Sequence record: SRR22947727_1448 | Direction: 5' to 3' (one strand) | Length of the DNA stretch: 43,716 nt | In this document: in pieces, positions 1-10,823 of the stretch | Layout: each line of letters opens with the position of its first letter | Position numbering within the stretch: the first letter of the stretch is position 1 | The notes under the pieces: model-generated | What the model was told of the DNA's origin: nothing | The model's database searches: none | What the model saw: the letters and a program-made list of their open reading frames with translations, nothing else | Made by a program: the position numbers and the translations under genes

Positions 1-497
1 CAGCGGGCGCAGCGGTTTGGCCTTTGGTCAACCAAATGAACCCCTCAGCGGATGTTTTGGCCTTGGCCGCAATCCGCGTGGATGTGGCCGATGTTGAACC
101 GGGTACACAAATCACCGTTCTGTGGCAGGGCAAGCCCGTCTTTATTCGGCGTCGCACAGAGAGCGAAATTGAAGCGGCACGGGCCGTGGATATGGGCGAT
201 TTGATTGACGGCAATGACCGCAATGACAACAAACCAGATCTTCCTGCGACCGATGAAAACCGCGCCCTTGACGAAAATGGCGAATGGTTGGTCATGCTGG
301 GCGTTTGCACCCACTTGGGCTGCGTGCCCTTGGGCGATGGCGCTGGTGAGTTTGGCGGTTGGTTCTGCCCCTGTCATGGATCACATTACGATACAGCTGG
401 CCGAATCCGCAAAGGTCCAGCCCCAGAAAACCTCTTGGTGCCAGTGGCCCGTTTCGACGGCGAAACTGAACTGGTTATCGGCAAGGAGAACGCATAA
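1..497 (+). CDS. petA: Ubiquinol-cytochrome c reductase Rieske iron-sulfur subunit (5' end outside window)
   Basis: Rieske boxes CTHLGC and CPCHGSHY; frame is open from the window edge; stop overlaps the petB start (TAATG). Confidence 0.97.
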   Translation, partial: AGAAVWPLVNQMNPSADVLALAAIRVDVADVEPGTQITVLWQGKPVFIRRRTESEIEAARAVDMGDLIDGNDRNDNKPDLPATDENRALDENGEWLVMLGVCTHLGCVPLGDGAGEFGGWFCPCHGSHYDTAGRIRKGPAPENLLVPVARFDGETELVIGKENA

Positions 498-1834
498 TGG
501 GCGGTATTCCACACGATCATTACGAACCAAAGTCCAAGGCGGCAAAAGCGATCAATTCGCGTCTGCCAATCATTGGTCTGCTATATGACACATTGATGAT
601 CCCCACTCCAAAGAACCTGAACTGGATGTGGATTTGGGGCATTGTTTTAACCTTCTGTCTGGCCATGCAAATTGTCACAGGCGTTGTTCTGGTGATGCAT
701 TACACCCCGCATGTCGATCTGGCCTTTGCCTCGATTGAGCACATCATGCGCGACGTGAATGGCGGCCATATGATTCGCTATTTCCACATGAATGGCGCGT
801 CTTTGTTCTTCATTGCAGTTTATGCCCATATGTTCCGTGGCCTTTACTACGGCAGCTATAAAGCCCCGCGTGAAATCACATGGATCATTGGTATGCTGAT
901 CTATCTGTTAATGATGGCGACAGGCTTTTTGGGATATGTTTTGCCTTGGGGGCAAATGTCCTTCCACGGTACAGCTGTGATCACTGGCTTGTTTGGTGCG
1001 ATCCCCTTCATTGGTGAGGCGCTGCAAACCTGGCTCTTGGGCGCCGGCGCCGTAGGTCAACCGGCTTTGAACCGTTTCTTCAGCCTGCATTATCTCCTGC
1101 CGTTTTTGATTGCCGGTCTCGTGATCGTGCATATCTGGGCCTTTCATACCACAGGCAACAACAACCCAACCGGGGTTGAAGTGCGCCGGGGTTCGAAGGC
1201 AGAAGCGGCAAAAGACACAGTACCATTCTGGCCCTATTTCGTAGTGAAGGATCTCTTTGCTCTGGGTCTCATCATGACCGTGTTCATGGCGATCGTCGGT
1301 TTCATGCCAAACTATCTTGGCCATCCTGACAACTATATCGAAGCCAACGCATTGGTGACACCGGCGCATATTGTGCCTGAATGGTACTACCTCCCATTCT
1401 ACGCCATTTTGCGCGCTTTTACATCCGAAGTATGGGTTGTTCAGATCGCAAGCTTTGTCACTGGCGGCATTATTGACGCAAAATTCTTTGGCGTTTTGGC
1501 CATGTTCGGTGCGATTGCAGTTATGGCCCTTGCGCCATGGCTCGACACTTCAAGCGTGCGCTCTGGTCGGTATCGCCCCATGTTCAAATGGTGGTTTGGC
1601 ATCTTGGTTGCAGACTTCATCTTCTTGATGTGGCTCGGTGCGCGTCCTGCGGAAGAACCCTATGCCTCTTTCTCTTTGATTGGTGCGACCTATTGGTTTG
1701 CCTACTTCCTGGTTATCTTGCCCTTGCTGGGCGTGCTTGAGAAACCCTCAACACCACCTGCAACCATCGAAGATGACTTTAATGCCAAAAACGGCGCAGC
1801 GGGTGCAGCGGATGCTGCTCACCCGGCAGAGTGA
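497..1834 (+). CDS. petB: Cytochrome b of the bc1 complex
   Basis: Heme-ligand His motifs ([29 protein letters not shown]), PEWY motif, position between petA and petC. Confidence 0.98.
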   Translation: MGGIPHDHYEPKSKAAKAINSRLPIIGLLYDTLMIPTPKNLNWMWIWGIVLTFCLAMQIVTGVVLVMHYTPHVDLAFASIEHIMRDVNGGHMIRYFHMNGASLFFIAVYAHMFRGLYYGSYKAPREITWIIGMLIYLLMMATGFLGYVLPWGQMSFHGTAVITGLFGAIPFIGEALQTWLLGAGAVGQPALNRFFSLHYLLPFLIAGLVIVHIWAFHTTGNNNPTGVEVRRGSKAEAAKDTVPFWPYFVVKDLFALGLIMTVFMAIVGFMPNYLGHPDNYIEANALVTPAHIVPEWYYLPFYAILRAFTSEVWVVQIASFVTGGIIDAKFFGVLAMFGAIAVMALAPWLDTSSVRSGRYRPMFKWWFGILVADFIFLMWLGARPAEEPYASFSLIGATYWFAYFLVILPLLGVLEKPSTPPATIEDDFNAKNGAAGAADAAHPAE

Positions 1835-1848
1835 GAAGGGAACGAAAT

Positions 1849-2649
1849 ATGTTCAAGAAACTCACAACAGGTCTCACACTGGCTTTGCTTCTCGCCACTG
1901 GCGGGGTGCAGGCTGCTGGCAGTGAAGGCCATGTTCATGACCACGCTTTCTCGTTTGAAGGTCCGTTTGGCTCCTATGATCAAGAACAATTGCGGCGCGG
2001 ATTGAAAATCTACACGGAAGTTTGTTCCTCTTGCCACGGCATGAAGTTCGTTCCCATTCGCTCCCTGAGCGATGAGGGCGGGCCGCATCTCAGCAAGGAA
2101 GAAGTACGCGCCTACGCCTCTGACTTCATCGAAGTTTGGGATCAAGATCTCAATGAGGGTGAAGGCGATTACCGTACCGCGGTTCCAGCCGATCACTTCC
2201 CCAAGGGTGGCAATGCCAACGCGCCTGATCTGTCTTTGATGGCCAAAGCCCGCGCAGGTTTTCATGGACCGGCTGGCACAGGCATCAACCAGCTGGTTAA
2301 AGGCATGGGTGGCGCCGAGTATATTCTGTCTTTGCTCACCGGCTACACAGGCAATGAAAAAACCTCCGCTGGCGTAACGCTGTATGAAAACACCGCCTAC
2401 CCTGGCGGCTGGATTTCCATGGCGCCACCGTTAGAAGACGAGCTTGTTGAGTTTGAAGATGGCCATAAGAACGATCTTCAGCATCTCTCCGAAGATATTT
2501 CGGCCTTCTTGATGTGGACTGCAGAACCAAAACTCAACGACCGGAAACGTGCCGGAATGGTTGGGGTTTTGATCTTGGGCTTTTTGACCCTGCTGCTCTA
2601 TCTGGCCAATAAGGCGCTCTGGCGTCCTATAAAATATAAAAAAGACTAA
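1849..2649 (+). CDS. petC: Cytochrome c1
   Basis: Signal peptide from ATG 1849, CSSCH heme motif, PDLSLMAKAR, C-terminal TM anchor. Confidence 0.97.
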   Translation: MFKKLTTGLTLALLLATGGVQAAGSEGHVHDHAFSFEGPFGSYDQEQLRRGLKIYTEVCSSCHGMKFVPIRSLSDEGGPHLSKEEVRAYASDFIEVWDQDLNEGEGDYRTAVPADHFPKGGNANAPDLSLMAKARAGFHGPAGTGINQLVKGMGGAEYILSLLTGYTGNEKTSAGVTLYENTAYPGGWISMAPPLEDELVEFEDGHKNDLQHLSEDISAFLMWTAEPKLNDRKRAGMVGVLILGFLTLLLYLANKALWRPIKYKKD

Positions 2650-2663
2650 GTCTTTTGACACAG

Positions 2664-2695
2664 AAAAACGCGCCTCCTCGGGGGCGCGTTTTTTT
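2664..2695. terminator. Bidirectional intrinsic terminator between petC and thiQ
   Basis: AAAAACGCGCCTCC-TCG-GGGGCGCGTTTTTTT: GC stem flanked by A and T tracts, between convergent genes. Confidence 0.9.
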
Positions 2696-2701
2696 ATGGG
2701 C

Positions 2702-3403
2702 TCAAGAGGCCCGCCGCCCCAAATATGACTGCAACGCCGGGGGGGGATGGTCAAATAGGGGTCCAATTGGCGCAGGTGCCTGGGCCTGACCTTCGGCGAC
2801 TAGAATGGCATACTCCGCAAAGCTCAATGCATCTTGTGGGTCATGGGTGACCATCAATGCGGTAATACCAGCCTGCTGAACAATCTGCCGCGTTATTTCA
2901 AGCATTTCATCCTTCAGCGCTGGGCCCAGAGCCGCAAAGGGTTCATCAAGCAGCAAAAGCGGACGTTGGCGCAACAATACCCGCGCCAATCCCGCCCGAC
3001 CCTGCTGCCCGCCTGAGAGGTCACGCGGATAGGCCATTGCCTTGTCCCCCAGTCCCACCTGATCCAGCGCCGCTACAGCCTGTGCCTTCTGAGCTACAGA
3101 CAAACGCATGTCGGGTCGCAGGCCGATCGCCACGTTGTCCAGCACAGTGAGATGAGGAAAAAGATTGTGATCTTGAAACAAAATACTGAGCGGCCTTTCG
3201 CCGGGATGGTCTGGCATGGGCTGCCCGCCCCAAAACATCTGCCCGGCCCTGGGAACAAGAAACCCAGCGATCCCATTGAGCAAAGTCGACTTACCTCCAC
3301 CGGAGGGACCAATCACCGCCACACGATCCCCAGCTGCAATTTGCAGATCCGCCGTGAGAGAGAACTCATTGAGCTGATAACACAGTCTATCTAAGTGTAG
3401 CAT
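2702..3403 (-). CDS. thiQ: Thiamine ABC transporter ATP-binding subunit
   Basis: Walker A GPSGGGKST, LSGGQ signature, LLLDEPF; GGAGG before ATG 3403; follows thiP. Confidence 0.92.
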   Translation of the reverse strand: MLHLDRLCYQLNEFSLTADLQIAAGDRVAVIGPSGGGKSTLLNGIAGFLVPRAGQMFWGGQPMPDHPGERPLSILFQDHNLFPHLTVLDNVAIGLRPDMRLSVAQKAQAVAALDQVGLGDKAMAYPRDLSGGQQGRAGLARVLLRQRPLLLLDEPFAALGPALKDEMLEITRQIVQQAGITALMVTHDPQDALSFAEYAILVAEGQAQAPAPIGPLFDHPPPALQSYLGRRAS

Positions 3404-4955
3404 GTCCGCGCCCTCCACGATCAAACATCCAAAACAAAAACAAGCTCTGCACCACGAGCACCACCGCTGTGGCGGCGGCCTGGTCCATACGGTATGCGCC
3501 CATTAAGCGATACAGCATCAGCGGCAGGGTTTGCAGATCAGGATCCGCAAAAAGCGCGATCACGCCAAGATCCCCCATCGAGAGCGCCGCCGCAAGGCCG
3601 GCGGAAAACCCTATTGGGCGACGCAGGCGCGGCGCTAAGATCCGTGTCATCCAAATCCAGCGCCCCATTCCAAGACTCATGCGCAAATGAAGATAGTCGC
3701 CATAAGTCTCTCGAACCGCTGGCATCAAGACACGCAGAGCGAAGGGCAAAGCCATCATTGCATTGACCAAAGCGGTGATCGGCAAGGCAAAAGCCATGGG
3801 TTGCGCATAAGGGAAAATCAACACAAAAAGACCAGTTCCCACCACCAGCGGACTGCTGGCCAGCCCTAAAATGCCCGTGGCCTCCGCCAAGCTGCGGGCC
3901 AGTGATCCGCGGCGGGCAAAGGCCAGAGCGAGCGTCAAAGCCATCGCCAGGCAGAGGGCAGTTGATATAATAGCGATGGTCAATGACGTTAAGCTGGCCA
4001 CGAAAATTTGCGGTGGCACCTCGAGCATATGCCGCAACCCACGCATGAGAACAGCACCAAGCGGCAGCACCAAAAAAGCGCTGGCGACAGAAATCCATAA
4101 TCCATCCCATATCCGATGCTGCGGCCCATCCAAGCGCTGCACAGCCCGATCAAGCCCAAGGCCGTCGGTTTGCGGCAACGGTACGAGAAACGCCAGAAGT
4201 GACACGGCGCCGCAAATTGTAAATTGGAAAAGAGCAAGACTGGCCGCCTTTCCTAAATCAAAATCCAAGCGAAACGCCTGATAAATGGCGAGCTCGATCG
4301 TTGTGCCCTTTGGCCCGCCCCCGACCGCCAATGCTACAACAAAGCTGGTGAGGCATAGCAAGAAGACAAGCAAGAAAGCCCCCGGAAGCGTGGCGCGCAG
4401 CATCGGCCCTTCGATCAATCGAAAGTAGGCCCATGGCGTGGCACCAAGGCTTTCTGCCACTCGAAATCGCTCTGCCGGGATCGCCGCCCAAGCTTGCAGC
4501 AAAAGCCGCGTCACCAAAGGTAAATTAAAAAATACATGGGCCAGAATAACACCCGGCGCGCCGTAAATGGATAGTTTGGCAAACCCGGCCCCGTCCAATG
4601 CAGCGCTGATCCATCCTGCTCGGCCAAAGACTGCCAAAAGCCCCAGAACACCAACAATCACCGGCAGAATAAATGGCGCGCCCAGAAGGGTGATCAAAGC
4701 TTGGCGTCCAGGGAAGCTTTGCCGTGCCAAGGCCCGCGCCACAGGAATCGCCATTGCGGTGCTCAGAACTGCCGAGAGGCTCGCTTGCCATAGGGTGAAT
4801 TTTACGGCTGACCAATCGGCACTGTTCAGCGCAGCAAGCCCGCGCCCCTGCAGGCCAACAACCAAGGCTGTACCAAGAGAAAAGAGAAGCAGGGCAATCA
4901 AGACCGCCCCACCAAAAACAATGCGTAACATTATCGTGCCAGAGCGCTCTGCCAT
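3387..4955 (-). CDS. thiP: Thiamine ABC transporter permease
   Basis: Duplicated permease domains (FTLWQASLSA, HVFFNLPL, SMGDLGVIALF); in an operon under a TPP riboswitch. Confidence 0.92.
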   Translation of the reverse strand: MAERSGTIMLRIVFGGAVLIALLLFSLGTALVVGLQGRGLAALNSADWSAVKFTLWQASLSAVLSTAMAIPVARALARQSFPGRQALITLLGAPFILPVIVGVLGLLAVFGRAGWISAALDGAGFAKLSIYGAPGVILAHVFFNLPLVTRLLLQAWAAIPAERFRVAESLGATPWAYFRLIEGPMLRATLPGAFLLVFLLCLTSFVVALAVGGGPKGTTIELAIYQAFRLDFDLGKAASLALFQFTICGAVSLLAFLVPLPQTDGLGLDRAVQRLDGPQHRIWDGLWISVASAFLVLPLGAVLMRGLRHMLEVPPQIFVASLTSLTIAIISTALCLAMALTLALAFARRGSLARSLAEATGILGLASSPLVVGTGLFVLIFPYAQPMAFALPITALVNAMMALPFALRVLMPAVRETYGDYLHLRMSLGMGRWIWMTRILAPRLRRPIGFSAGLAAALSMGDLGVIALFADPDLQTLPLMLYRLMGAYRMDQAAATAVVLVVQSLFLFWMFDRGGRGHATLR

Positions 4956-5908
4956 TCCTCCAAGGCCGCGCTGCGCTGGGCTGCGGCCTCCTCTGGTGAG
5001 AAAATCAAAGATTGCTCAGCTCTCAATGCCTGCGGAAAGCCATCGGGCAACCCCGTTTTCGGCGTGACTGCGGGAAACATCCAATTGGTGGTAGGGATGA
5101 TGCTTTGAAATTCATCAGAAACCATGAATTGCAAGAATTGATCTGCCAGAGCATTTTGATCTGTCGTTGCCAATTTCCCGGCCACTTCAATTTGCATGTA
5201 GTGGCCCTCGTCAAACAAAGCGAAGGTTTTGGAGGCATCCGCCTCGGCAATCACATGATAGGCTGGCGATGTGGTATAGGAGAGCACCAAATCCGCCTCC
5301 CCCTCCAAGAACATGCCATAGGCTTCGGACCAACCCGCTGTCACTGTCACAATATTATCTGAAAGATCAGCCCAGATATCCCCTGCCGCATCGCCATAAG
5401 CCGCCTTGACCCACAGCAGGAGCCCCAAACCGGGTGTGGACGACCGAGGGTCTTGGATCACGATTTTCAAATCGCTCGCGGCCAAGCTGCGAAAACTTGT
5501 CGGAGCTGTCAGATCGGTATTGTGAACAAAAGCAAAGTAGCCCCAGTCGAATGGCACAAAATGCGTGTCGCTCCACCCCCCCGGCACCGCATAGTCTGCA
5601 GACAGTGACATCGGGGAAAACAGTCCGGTTTCCGCTGCTGCAGCCGTGAGATTGGTATCCAAACCCAACACGACATCGGCCTCTGTGCGGGTGCCTTCGA
5701 GCCTGAGGCGCGATAACAATGCCGCCCCATCGCCCGCGCCAATCATCTGCAAATCACAGCCACATCTGGCCTCGAAAGCAGATTCAACCGCCGGGCCGGG
5801 ACCCCAATCTGATATAAAACTGTCATAGGTATAGACCGTCAACACAGGCGTTTCGGCAACGGCCGCGCTTGTTAAAAACAGTCCTGCGAAAAGGGAAGTC
5901 AATTTCAT
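4931..5908 (-). CDS. thiB: Thiamine ABC transporter periplasmic binding protein
   Basis: Signal peptide, VYTYDSF..WGPGP, DPRSSTPGLG, LSYTTSPAYH; GGAG before ATG 5908 (alternative start 5920). Confidence 0.94.
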   Translation of the reverse strand: MKLTSLFAGLFLTSAAVAETPVLTVYTYDSFISDWGPGPAVESAFEARCGCDLQMIGAGDGAALLSRLRLEGTRTEADVVLGLDTNLTAAAAETGLFSPMSLSADYAVPGGWSDTHFVPFDWGYFAFVHNTDLTAPTSFRSLAASDLKIVIQDPRSSTPGLGLLLWVKAAYGDAAGDIWADLSDNIVTVTAGWSEAYGMFLEGEADLVLSYTTSPAYHVIAEADASKTFALFDEGHYMQIEVAGKLATTDQNALADQFLQFMVSDEFQSIIPTTNWMFPAVTPKTGLPDGFPQALRAEQSLIFSPEEAAAQRSAALEEWQSALAR

Positions 5909-5954
5909 CTTTATCTCCATATCGCCGAACGGGGTAAGGGATTGGAGACGTCCA

Positions 5955-6038
5955 AACCTTCCCTCCGCCGGTACTAGCCGGTTCAGGTTCTACGGGTTCG
6001 CTTTCGCATCTCAGCCCATAAGGGCGCCCCGAGGTAGG
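5955..6038 (-). promoter_or_regulatory. TPP (THI-box) riboswitch
   Basis: Minus strand reads ACCTCGGGGCGCC..GGGCTGAGA..AACCCGTAGAACCTGAACCGGCTAGTACCGGCGGAGGGAAGGT, the canonical TPP core, directly upstream of thiB. Confidence 0.95.
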
Positions 6039-6083
6039 TACTGGATAGTCTTGACGAAAGGATTTTACAATCCCTTCCAATGC

Positions 6084-6119
6084 AAAAGCCCCCCGACAAT
6101 CACACAGTTGTCGAGGAGC
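6084..6119 (-). terminator. Intrinsic terminator of the small lipoprotein gene
   Basis: Minus strand GCTCCTCGACAA-8 nt loop-TTGTCGGGGGGC-TTTT, a 12-bp stem with G:U pairs followed by a U tract. Confidence 0.8.
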
Positions 6120-6146
6120 ATTGACGTCAGTTGAAGAATTTTTAGT

Positions 6147-6389
6147 CTATTTCTTCATCCGCCGTTCACCCTCAGCGCGGCAAAGCGCATCGGCCTCTGC
6201 AATATGCATAGCATGCGGCATATGAATTGCGCGATCGAGAATAACAGCTTTTTTGTCATACAATTGGCAAATGACGTCACCTTTGTCCGTTTCCAACGTG
6301 ACCGGATCGGTTTCATAAGCGATAGGTGAACAGGCTGTTACAATTGCCAGTGTTGTTCCCAGTAAGCTCAAACTCAAAAATTTATTCAT
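6147..6389 (-). CDS. Small putative lipoprotein of unknown function
   Basis: Lipoprotein-type signal ending in VTAC; GAGAGAG upstream; own terminator; two more Cys in the mature part. Confidence 0.8.
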   Translation of the reverse strand: MNKFLSLSLLGTTLAIVTACSPIAYETDPVTLETDKGDVICQLYDKKAVILDRAIHMPHAMHIAEADALCRAEGERRMKK

Positions 6390-6568
6390 TATAATTCTCT
6401 CTCATCTAATGTTACGGCCGTTTCATTTGGAACCAACCAAACCACCAACCGTTATAAAATTTCTTAAAATCACAAAAATGCACTCGATAACTTTAACTAA
6501 GTTTTATCTGCCCTAAGTGTTTACTCGTTACATTTGAGATCACCAAGCCTAACGCTTTGTAGAAAATT

Positions 6569-6583
6569 TTAACCGCATTTTAA
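6569..6583. promoter_or_regulatory. Putative CtrA-binding site
   Basis: TTAA-CCGCATT-TTAA, an exact TTAA-N7-TTAA, in AT-rich intergenic DNA where chance matches are possible. Confidence 0.4.
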
Positions 6584-6952
6584 TCTCCTACGGAATGCTA
6601 TTCCACCAAAGATCACTCATAGTGTTGCAAATTTTCGACATATATCTCCCGCTACGCAAGAGTTTTTCTCGTTCAGCGGGAAAAAAATCGCTTCATTCCA
6701 GAACCATGAAACTCATAAACGCATTAATTAACTGATTATTCTATATTATTTACAGTATTTGCTCAACTAAAAGTAAATATTTGGCATTTGTCGAACCATT
6801 TTGGTAATATCCGACATCCATCGTCTCCGAAATCACGTCAAAGTTGTTCAAAATACCGCAACTTAAACGTGCCGGTTGTATGGGTGAGCCCGCGCTATAG
6901 GCCTTGCTCCAGGGTGCACGCAGCGATATTGCAAGGACAAAGGAGATGCACC

Positions 6953-8056
6953 ATGAGCTTAAACAGTTTTGGACATTTATTTCGTGTCACGACTTGGGGT
7001 GAAAGCCATGGCCCTGCCCTTGGTGCGACGGTGGATGGCTGCCCTCCAGGCGTCACGATTAACGAAGCTATGATCCAGCAGTGGCTCGACAAGCGCAAGC
7101 CGGGACAGAACAAATACACCACGCAGCGGCGAGAAGCCGATCAGGTGAAAATTCTTTCCGGCGTATTTGAAGGCAAAACGACTGGCACGCCCGTGCAATT
7201 GATGATCGAAAACACCGATCAGCGCTCCAAAGACTACAGCGATATCATGGATAAATTTCGCCCGGGTCATGCCGATATCACCTATTGGCAGAAATACGGT
7301 ATTCGCGATTACCGCGGCGGTGGACGTAGTTCCGCACGTGAAACCGCAGCACGTGTGGCCGCAGGCGGATTGGCGCGGGAAGCACTTAAATTGCTCGCGC
7401 CATCGCTTAAAATTACCGGCTTCATGTGTCAGATGGGCCCCCGTAAAATCAACCGTGACCAGTTTGACTTGTCGCAGATTGACCAAAATCCCTTCTGGAC
7501 TCCGGATCCGCAGGCCGCTCAAGATTGGGCGACCTATCTAGACGCGTTGCGCAAATCCGGCAGTTCTGTCGGCGCAGTTATCGAGGTGATCGCCTCAGGA
7601 GTGCCAGCGGGGCTCGGCGCGCCAATTTATGCTAAGCTCGACACAGATTTGGCCGCGGCCATGATGAGCATCAACGCTGTCAAAGCTGTAGAAATTGGCG
7701 ATGGAATGGCCGCAGCGGAACTGACCGGTGAAGCCAATGCCGATGAAATTTCAATGGGGCCGGACGGGCCAATTTACAGCTCGAACCATGCGGGCGGTAT
7801 CTTGGGCGGCATTAGCACGGGTCAAGATGTGGTGGTGCGATTCGCGGTGAAACCCACGTCGTCTATCCTTACAACTCGAAAAACCATCACAAAATCTGGT
7901 GAAAACACAGAAATCATCACCAAGGGCCGTCATGATCCCTGTGTGGGGATTAGAGCGGTGCCTGTTGGTGAGGCAATGATGGCCTGCGTGCTCCTGGATC
8001 ACCTCTTGTTGCACCAAGGCCAGGTTGGCGCCAATCAGGGCAAAATCGGCAAGTAG
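6953..8056 (+). CDS. aroC: Chorismate synthase
   Basis: [42 protein letters not shown] before ATG 6953. Confidence 0.98.
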   Translation: MSLNSFGHLFRVTTWGESHGPALGATVDGCPPGVTINEAMIQQWLDKRKPGQNKYTTQRREADQVKILSGVFEGKTTGTPVQLMIENTDQRSKDYSDIMDKFRPGHADITYWQKYGIRDYRGGGRSSARETAARVAAGGLAREALKLLAPSLKITGFMCQMGPRKINRDQFDLSQIDQNPFWTPDPQAAQDWATYLDALRKSGSSVGAVIEVIASGVPAGLGAPIYAKLDTDLAAAMMSINAVKAVEIGDGMAAAELTGEANADEISMGPDGPIYSSNHAGGILGGISTGQDVVVRFAVKPTSSILTTRKTITKSGENTEIITKGRHDPCVGIRAVPVGEAMMACVLLDHLLLHQGQVGANQGKIGK

Positions 8057-8064
8057 CAGCGGTC

Positions 8065-8484
8065 TTACGGACGCTCGATCACTTTGAAAGTCACATCTAG
8101 GCTGCCAGACGTCTCAAAAATCAAAGTGGCCTTGATATCGTCGCCGACGCCCCACCCCTCTTTGAGCCCCATGAACATGACATGATAACCGCCAGGAGCG
8201 AATTCTATTTGGCCCTGCGTCGGAACCACCACGCGCATCTGGTGTTCCATTGTCATGACGCTATCTTTCATCATGGACTTGTGGAGCATAACCTTTGGGT
8301 AATCTGCTTCAACGCCCAAAAGCGCATCCGCTGCACCTTCATTGCTCAAGGTGAAATATCCGGCGCCGCTGCGTCCGGTGGTCGGATATGAAAAGGCATC
8401 TGTTATGGTCAAATCACCCAATTGGTAACTCTGTGCGGAAACTGACCCACAGATCAAAATAAAGGCAGCTACCAAGTGTTTCAT
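8065..8484 (-). CDS. Periplasmic copper chaperone PCu(A)C
   Basis: Signal peptide; H..M..M and PGGYHVM copper-binding motif. Confidence 0.9.
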   Translation of the reverse strand: MKHLVAAFILICGSVSAQSYQLGDLTITDAFSYPTTGRSGAGYFTLSNEGAADALLGVEADYPKVMLHKSMMKDSVMTMEHQMRVVVPTQGQIEFAPGGYHVMFMGLKEGWGVGDDIKATLIFETSGSLDVTFKVIERP

Positions 8485-8576
8485 TTCTTATCTCCGTTTC
8501 ATCTGCCTTCTTTTGAAATATTCCCGCACACAACCCAAGGGTTTAGAATGTCGCAGCCGCGTGGTATCGGGCTATC

Positions 8577-10823
8577 ATGGCTCAAATTCCTTCACAGGCG
8601 GACATTCTCGAATGGATCCGCGCGCACCCCGAAAAATCCTCGAAACGAGATATTGCCAAAGCCTTTGGCATAAAAGGTGCTGCACGCATCGATCTCAAAC
8701 AGATGCTGAAAGAGCTTGAGGCCGAGGGCCACCTCATGCAAAGGCGGCGGCGGTTCAATGATCCCAATAGCTTACCCCCCGTTTCCGTTCTGCAAATGCT
8801 GGGCCCGGACTCGCAAGGCGATATGTTCGCCGTGCCACTGGAATGGGAAGGCACGGGCCATTTGCCCAAAATACTCATGCGCAGCCGTCAAGGTGATCCA
8901 GCTTTGGGACAGGGTGACCGGCTTTTGGCGCGACTCACCCCCGTACCCGATGAAGATAGCCATCAATATACTGGCCAATTGATTCGCGCGATTGGGACCA
9001 ATCCAAAACGCCTCTTAGGTATTTTCCGCCTCACCGCGGAAGGCGGACGCATTGTCGCGATTGATAAGGGCGAAGGCAAAGAGTGGCTTGTTGCTGCGGA
9101 TGCAGCGGGTGAAGCCAAAGACGGAGAATTGGTCGAAGCCGAACAATCCGGTCCGAAAGGCCGCCTTGGCCTGCCCCGCGCGCGTGTGGTGGAGCGGCTA
9201 GGAGATCCTTCTGCACCCAAAGCCGTATCGCTAATTGCCATTCATCAACATGGAATTCCCGACGCCTTTCCCGATGCGGTGATGGCGCAAGCGGATGCAG
9301 CCAAACCGGCAACATCAAAAGGCCGCGTTGATCTGACAGACCTACCTTTGATCACCATCGACCCAGCCGATGCACGAGACCATGATGATGCCTGCTGCGC
9401 TCTTCTGGATGAAGATCCCAAGAACCCCGGAGGCTTTTTGCTTTGGGTCGCCATCGCCGATGTCGCCCATTATGTGACAGCCGGATCGGCTTTGGATGCA
9501 GAAGCACGCAAGCGCGGAAATTCCACCTACTTCCCAGACCGCGTTGTCCCCATGTTGCCTGACTGCCTATCAGGCGATCTTTGCTCGCTGCATGAAGGGG
9601 TCACAAGACCCTGCATCGCGGTCGAAATGAAACTCTCATCAACAGGCGAAAAACTGTCGCATCGGTTTGTGCGGGGGCTGATGCGCTCGCCGGCCTCGCT
9701 GTCCTATGAGGAGGCCCAAGCGGCCGTGGATGGGGATCCCTCCGAACGCGCCGCACCTTTGGTTGACACTGTGCTCTCGCCCCTATTTGGTGCCTACGCT
9801 GCCCTGAAACAGGCACGCGAAGCCCGGCAGCCGTTGGAACTTGACCTGCCTGAACGCAAAATAATTCTATCAGACAGCGGCAAGGTCGCTTCGGTCAATT
9901 TTTCAGAACGCTTGGACGCCCATCGCTTGATCGAAGAATGTATGGTGCTGGCGAATGTGGCGGCAGCAGAAACTTTGATCGCCAAGCAACAGCCGCTATT
10001 GTTCCGTGTTCACGAAGAACCAAGCCCCGAAAAGCTAGACTCTCTGCGCGAAACGGCAAAATCTGTGGGGCTGGTCCTGGCAAAAGGTCAGGTATTGCAA
10101 ACGCGGCATCTTAATCAATTATTAAAGGCTGCCGCCGGAAAAGATGAAGCAGAATTAATCAATCTTTCAACATTACGTTCCATGACTCAAGCCTACTATA
10201 GTTCTCAAAACATGTCGCACTTCGGATTGGCACTTCAGAATTATGCACATTTTACATCGCCCATACGGCGCTATGCGGATCTTTTGCTGCACCGTGCCTT
10301 GGTTTCAGCCCATGGGTGGGCAACCGATGGCCTGTCACCGCAGGATATCGAAATGCTAGACGAAACCGCCAAACATATCAGCGAGACAGAGCGACGCTCG
10401 ATGCTGGCAGAGCGCGACACAACCGACCGTTATCTTGCCAGTTTCATGTCAGAACGCGTGGGAAATGAATTCAGCGGGCGCATTTCAGGCGTTGCGCGGT
10501 TTGGCATATTTGTGAAACTGGATGAAACAGCTGCAGATGGGTTGGTGCCTATTCGCTCCTTAGGACGGGAGTATTTCGAACATGATGCTGACAGCCAAAC
10601 CCTACGCGGTACGGACAGCGGCACGGTCATCAGCCTTGGTCAACGTGTGGTTGTGCGATTGGCAGAAACCACCCCAACCACAGGGGGTATCTTGCTCGAC
10701 TTGTTAGAGCTTGAAGATTCAAAGTTGCAAACACGGCCGCGACAACGCAAAATTGCGTCAGCAAGCAACCGGCGGGGGCCCAAGAAGGGCAAATCCAGAA
10801 AGGTTACCAGAAAACGGCAATGA
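8577..10823 (+). CDS. rnr: Ribonuclease R
   Basis: TIDPADARDHDDA, HFTSPIRRYADL, C-terminal S1 domain and basic tail. Confidence 0.96.
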   Translation: MAQIPSQADILEWIRAHPEKSSKRDIAKAFGIKGAARIDLKQMLKELEAEGHLMQRRRRFNDPNSLPPVSVLQMLGPDSQGDMFAVPLEWEGTGHLPKILMRSRQGDPALGQGDRLLARLTPVPDEDSHQYTGQLIRAIGTNPKRLLGIFRLTAEGGRIVAIDKGEGKEWLVAADAAGEAKDGELVEAEQSGPKGRLGLPRARVVERLGDPSAPKAVSLIAIHQHGIPDAFPDAVMAQADAAKPATSKGRVDLTDLPLITIDPADARDHDDACCALLDEDPKNPGGFLLWVAIADVAHYVTAGSALDAEARKRGNSTYFPDRVVPMLPDCLSGDLCSLHEGVTRPCIAVEMKLSSTGEKLSHRFVRGLMRSPASLSYEEAQAAVDGDPSERAAPLVDTVLSPLFGAYAALKQAREARQPLELDLPERKIILSDSGKVASVNFSERLDAHRLIEECMVLANVAAAETLIAKQQPLLFRVHEEPSPEKLDSLRETAKSVGLVLAKGQVLQTRHLNQLLKAAAGKDEAELINLSTLRSMTQAYYSSQNMSHFGLALQNYAHFTSPIRRYADLLLHRALVSAHGWATDGLSPQDIEMLDETAKHISETERRSMLAERDTTDRYLASFMSERVGNEFSGRISGVARFGIFVKLDETAADGLVPIRSLGREYFEHDADSQTLRGTDSGTVISLGQRVVVRLAETTPTTGGILLDLLELEDSKLQTRPRQRKIASASNRRGPKKGKSRKVTRKRQ

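Noticed and set aside
6431-6450. AACC-rich short repeat
   Set aside because: Low-complexity 20-mer with no spacer structure; not CRISPR- or iteron-like.
6788-6952. N-terminal extensions of aroC (and likewise hemA, gyrB, yggT, rpsT, thiQ) in the ORF track
   Set aside because: Family similarity begins at downstream ATGs, several with clear SD sequences; the extensions are longest-ORF artefacts.
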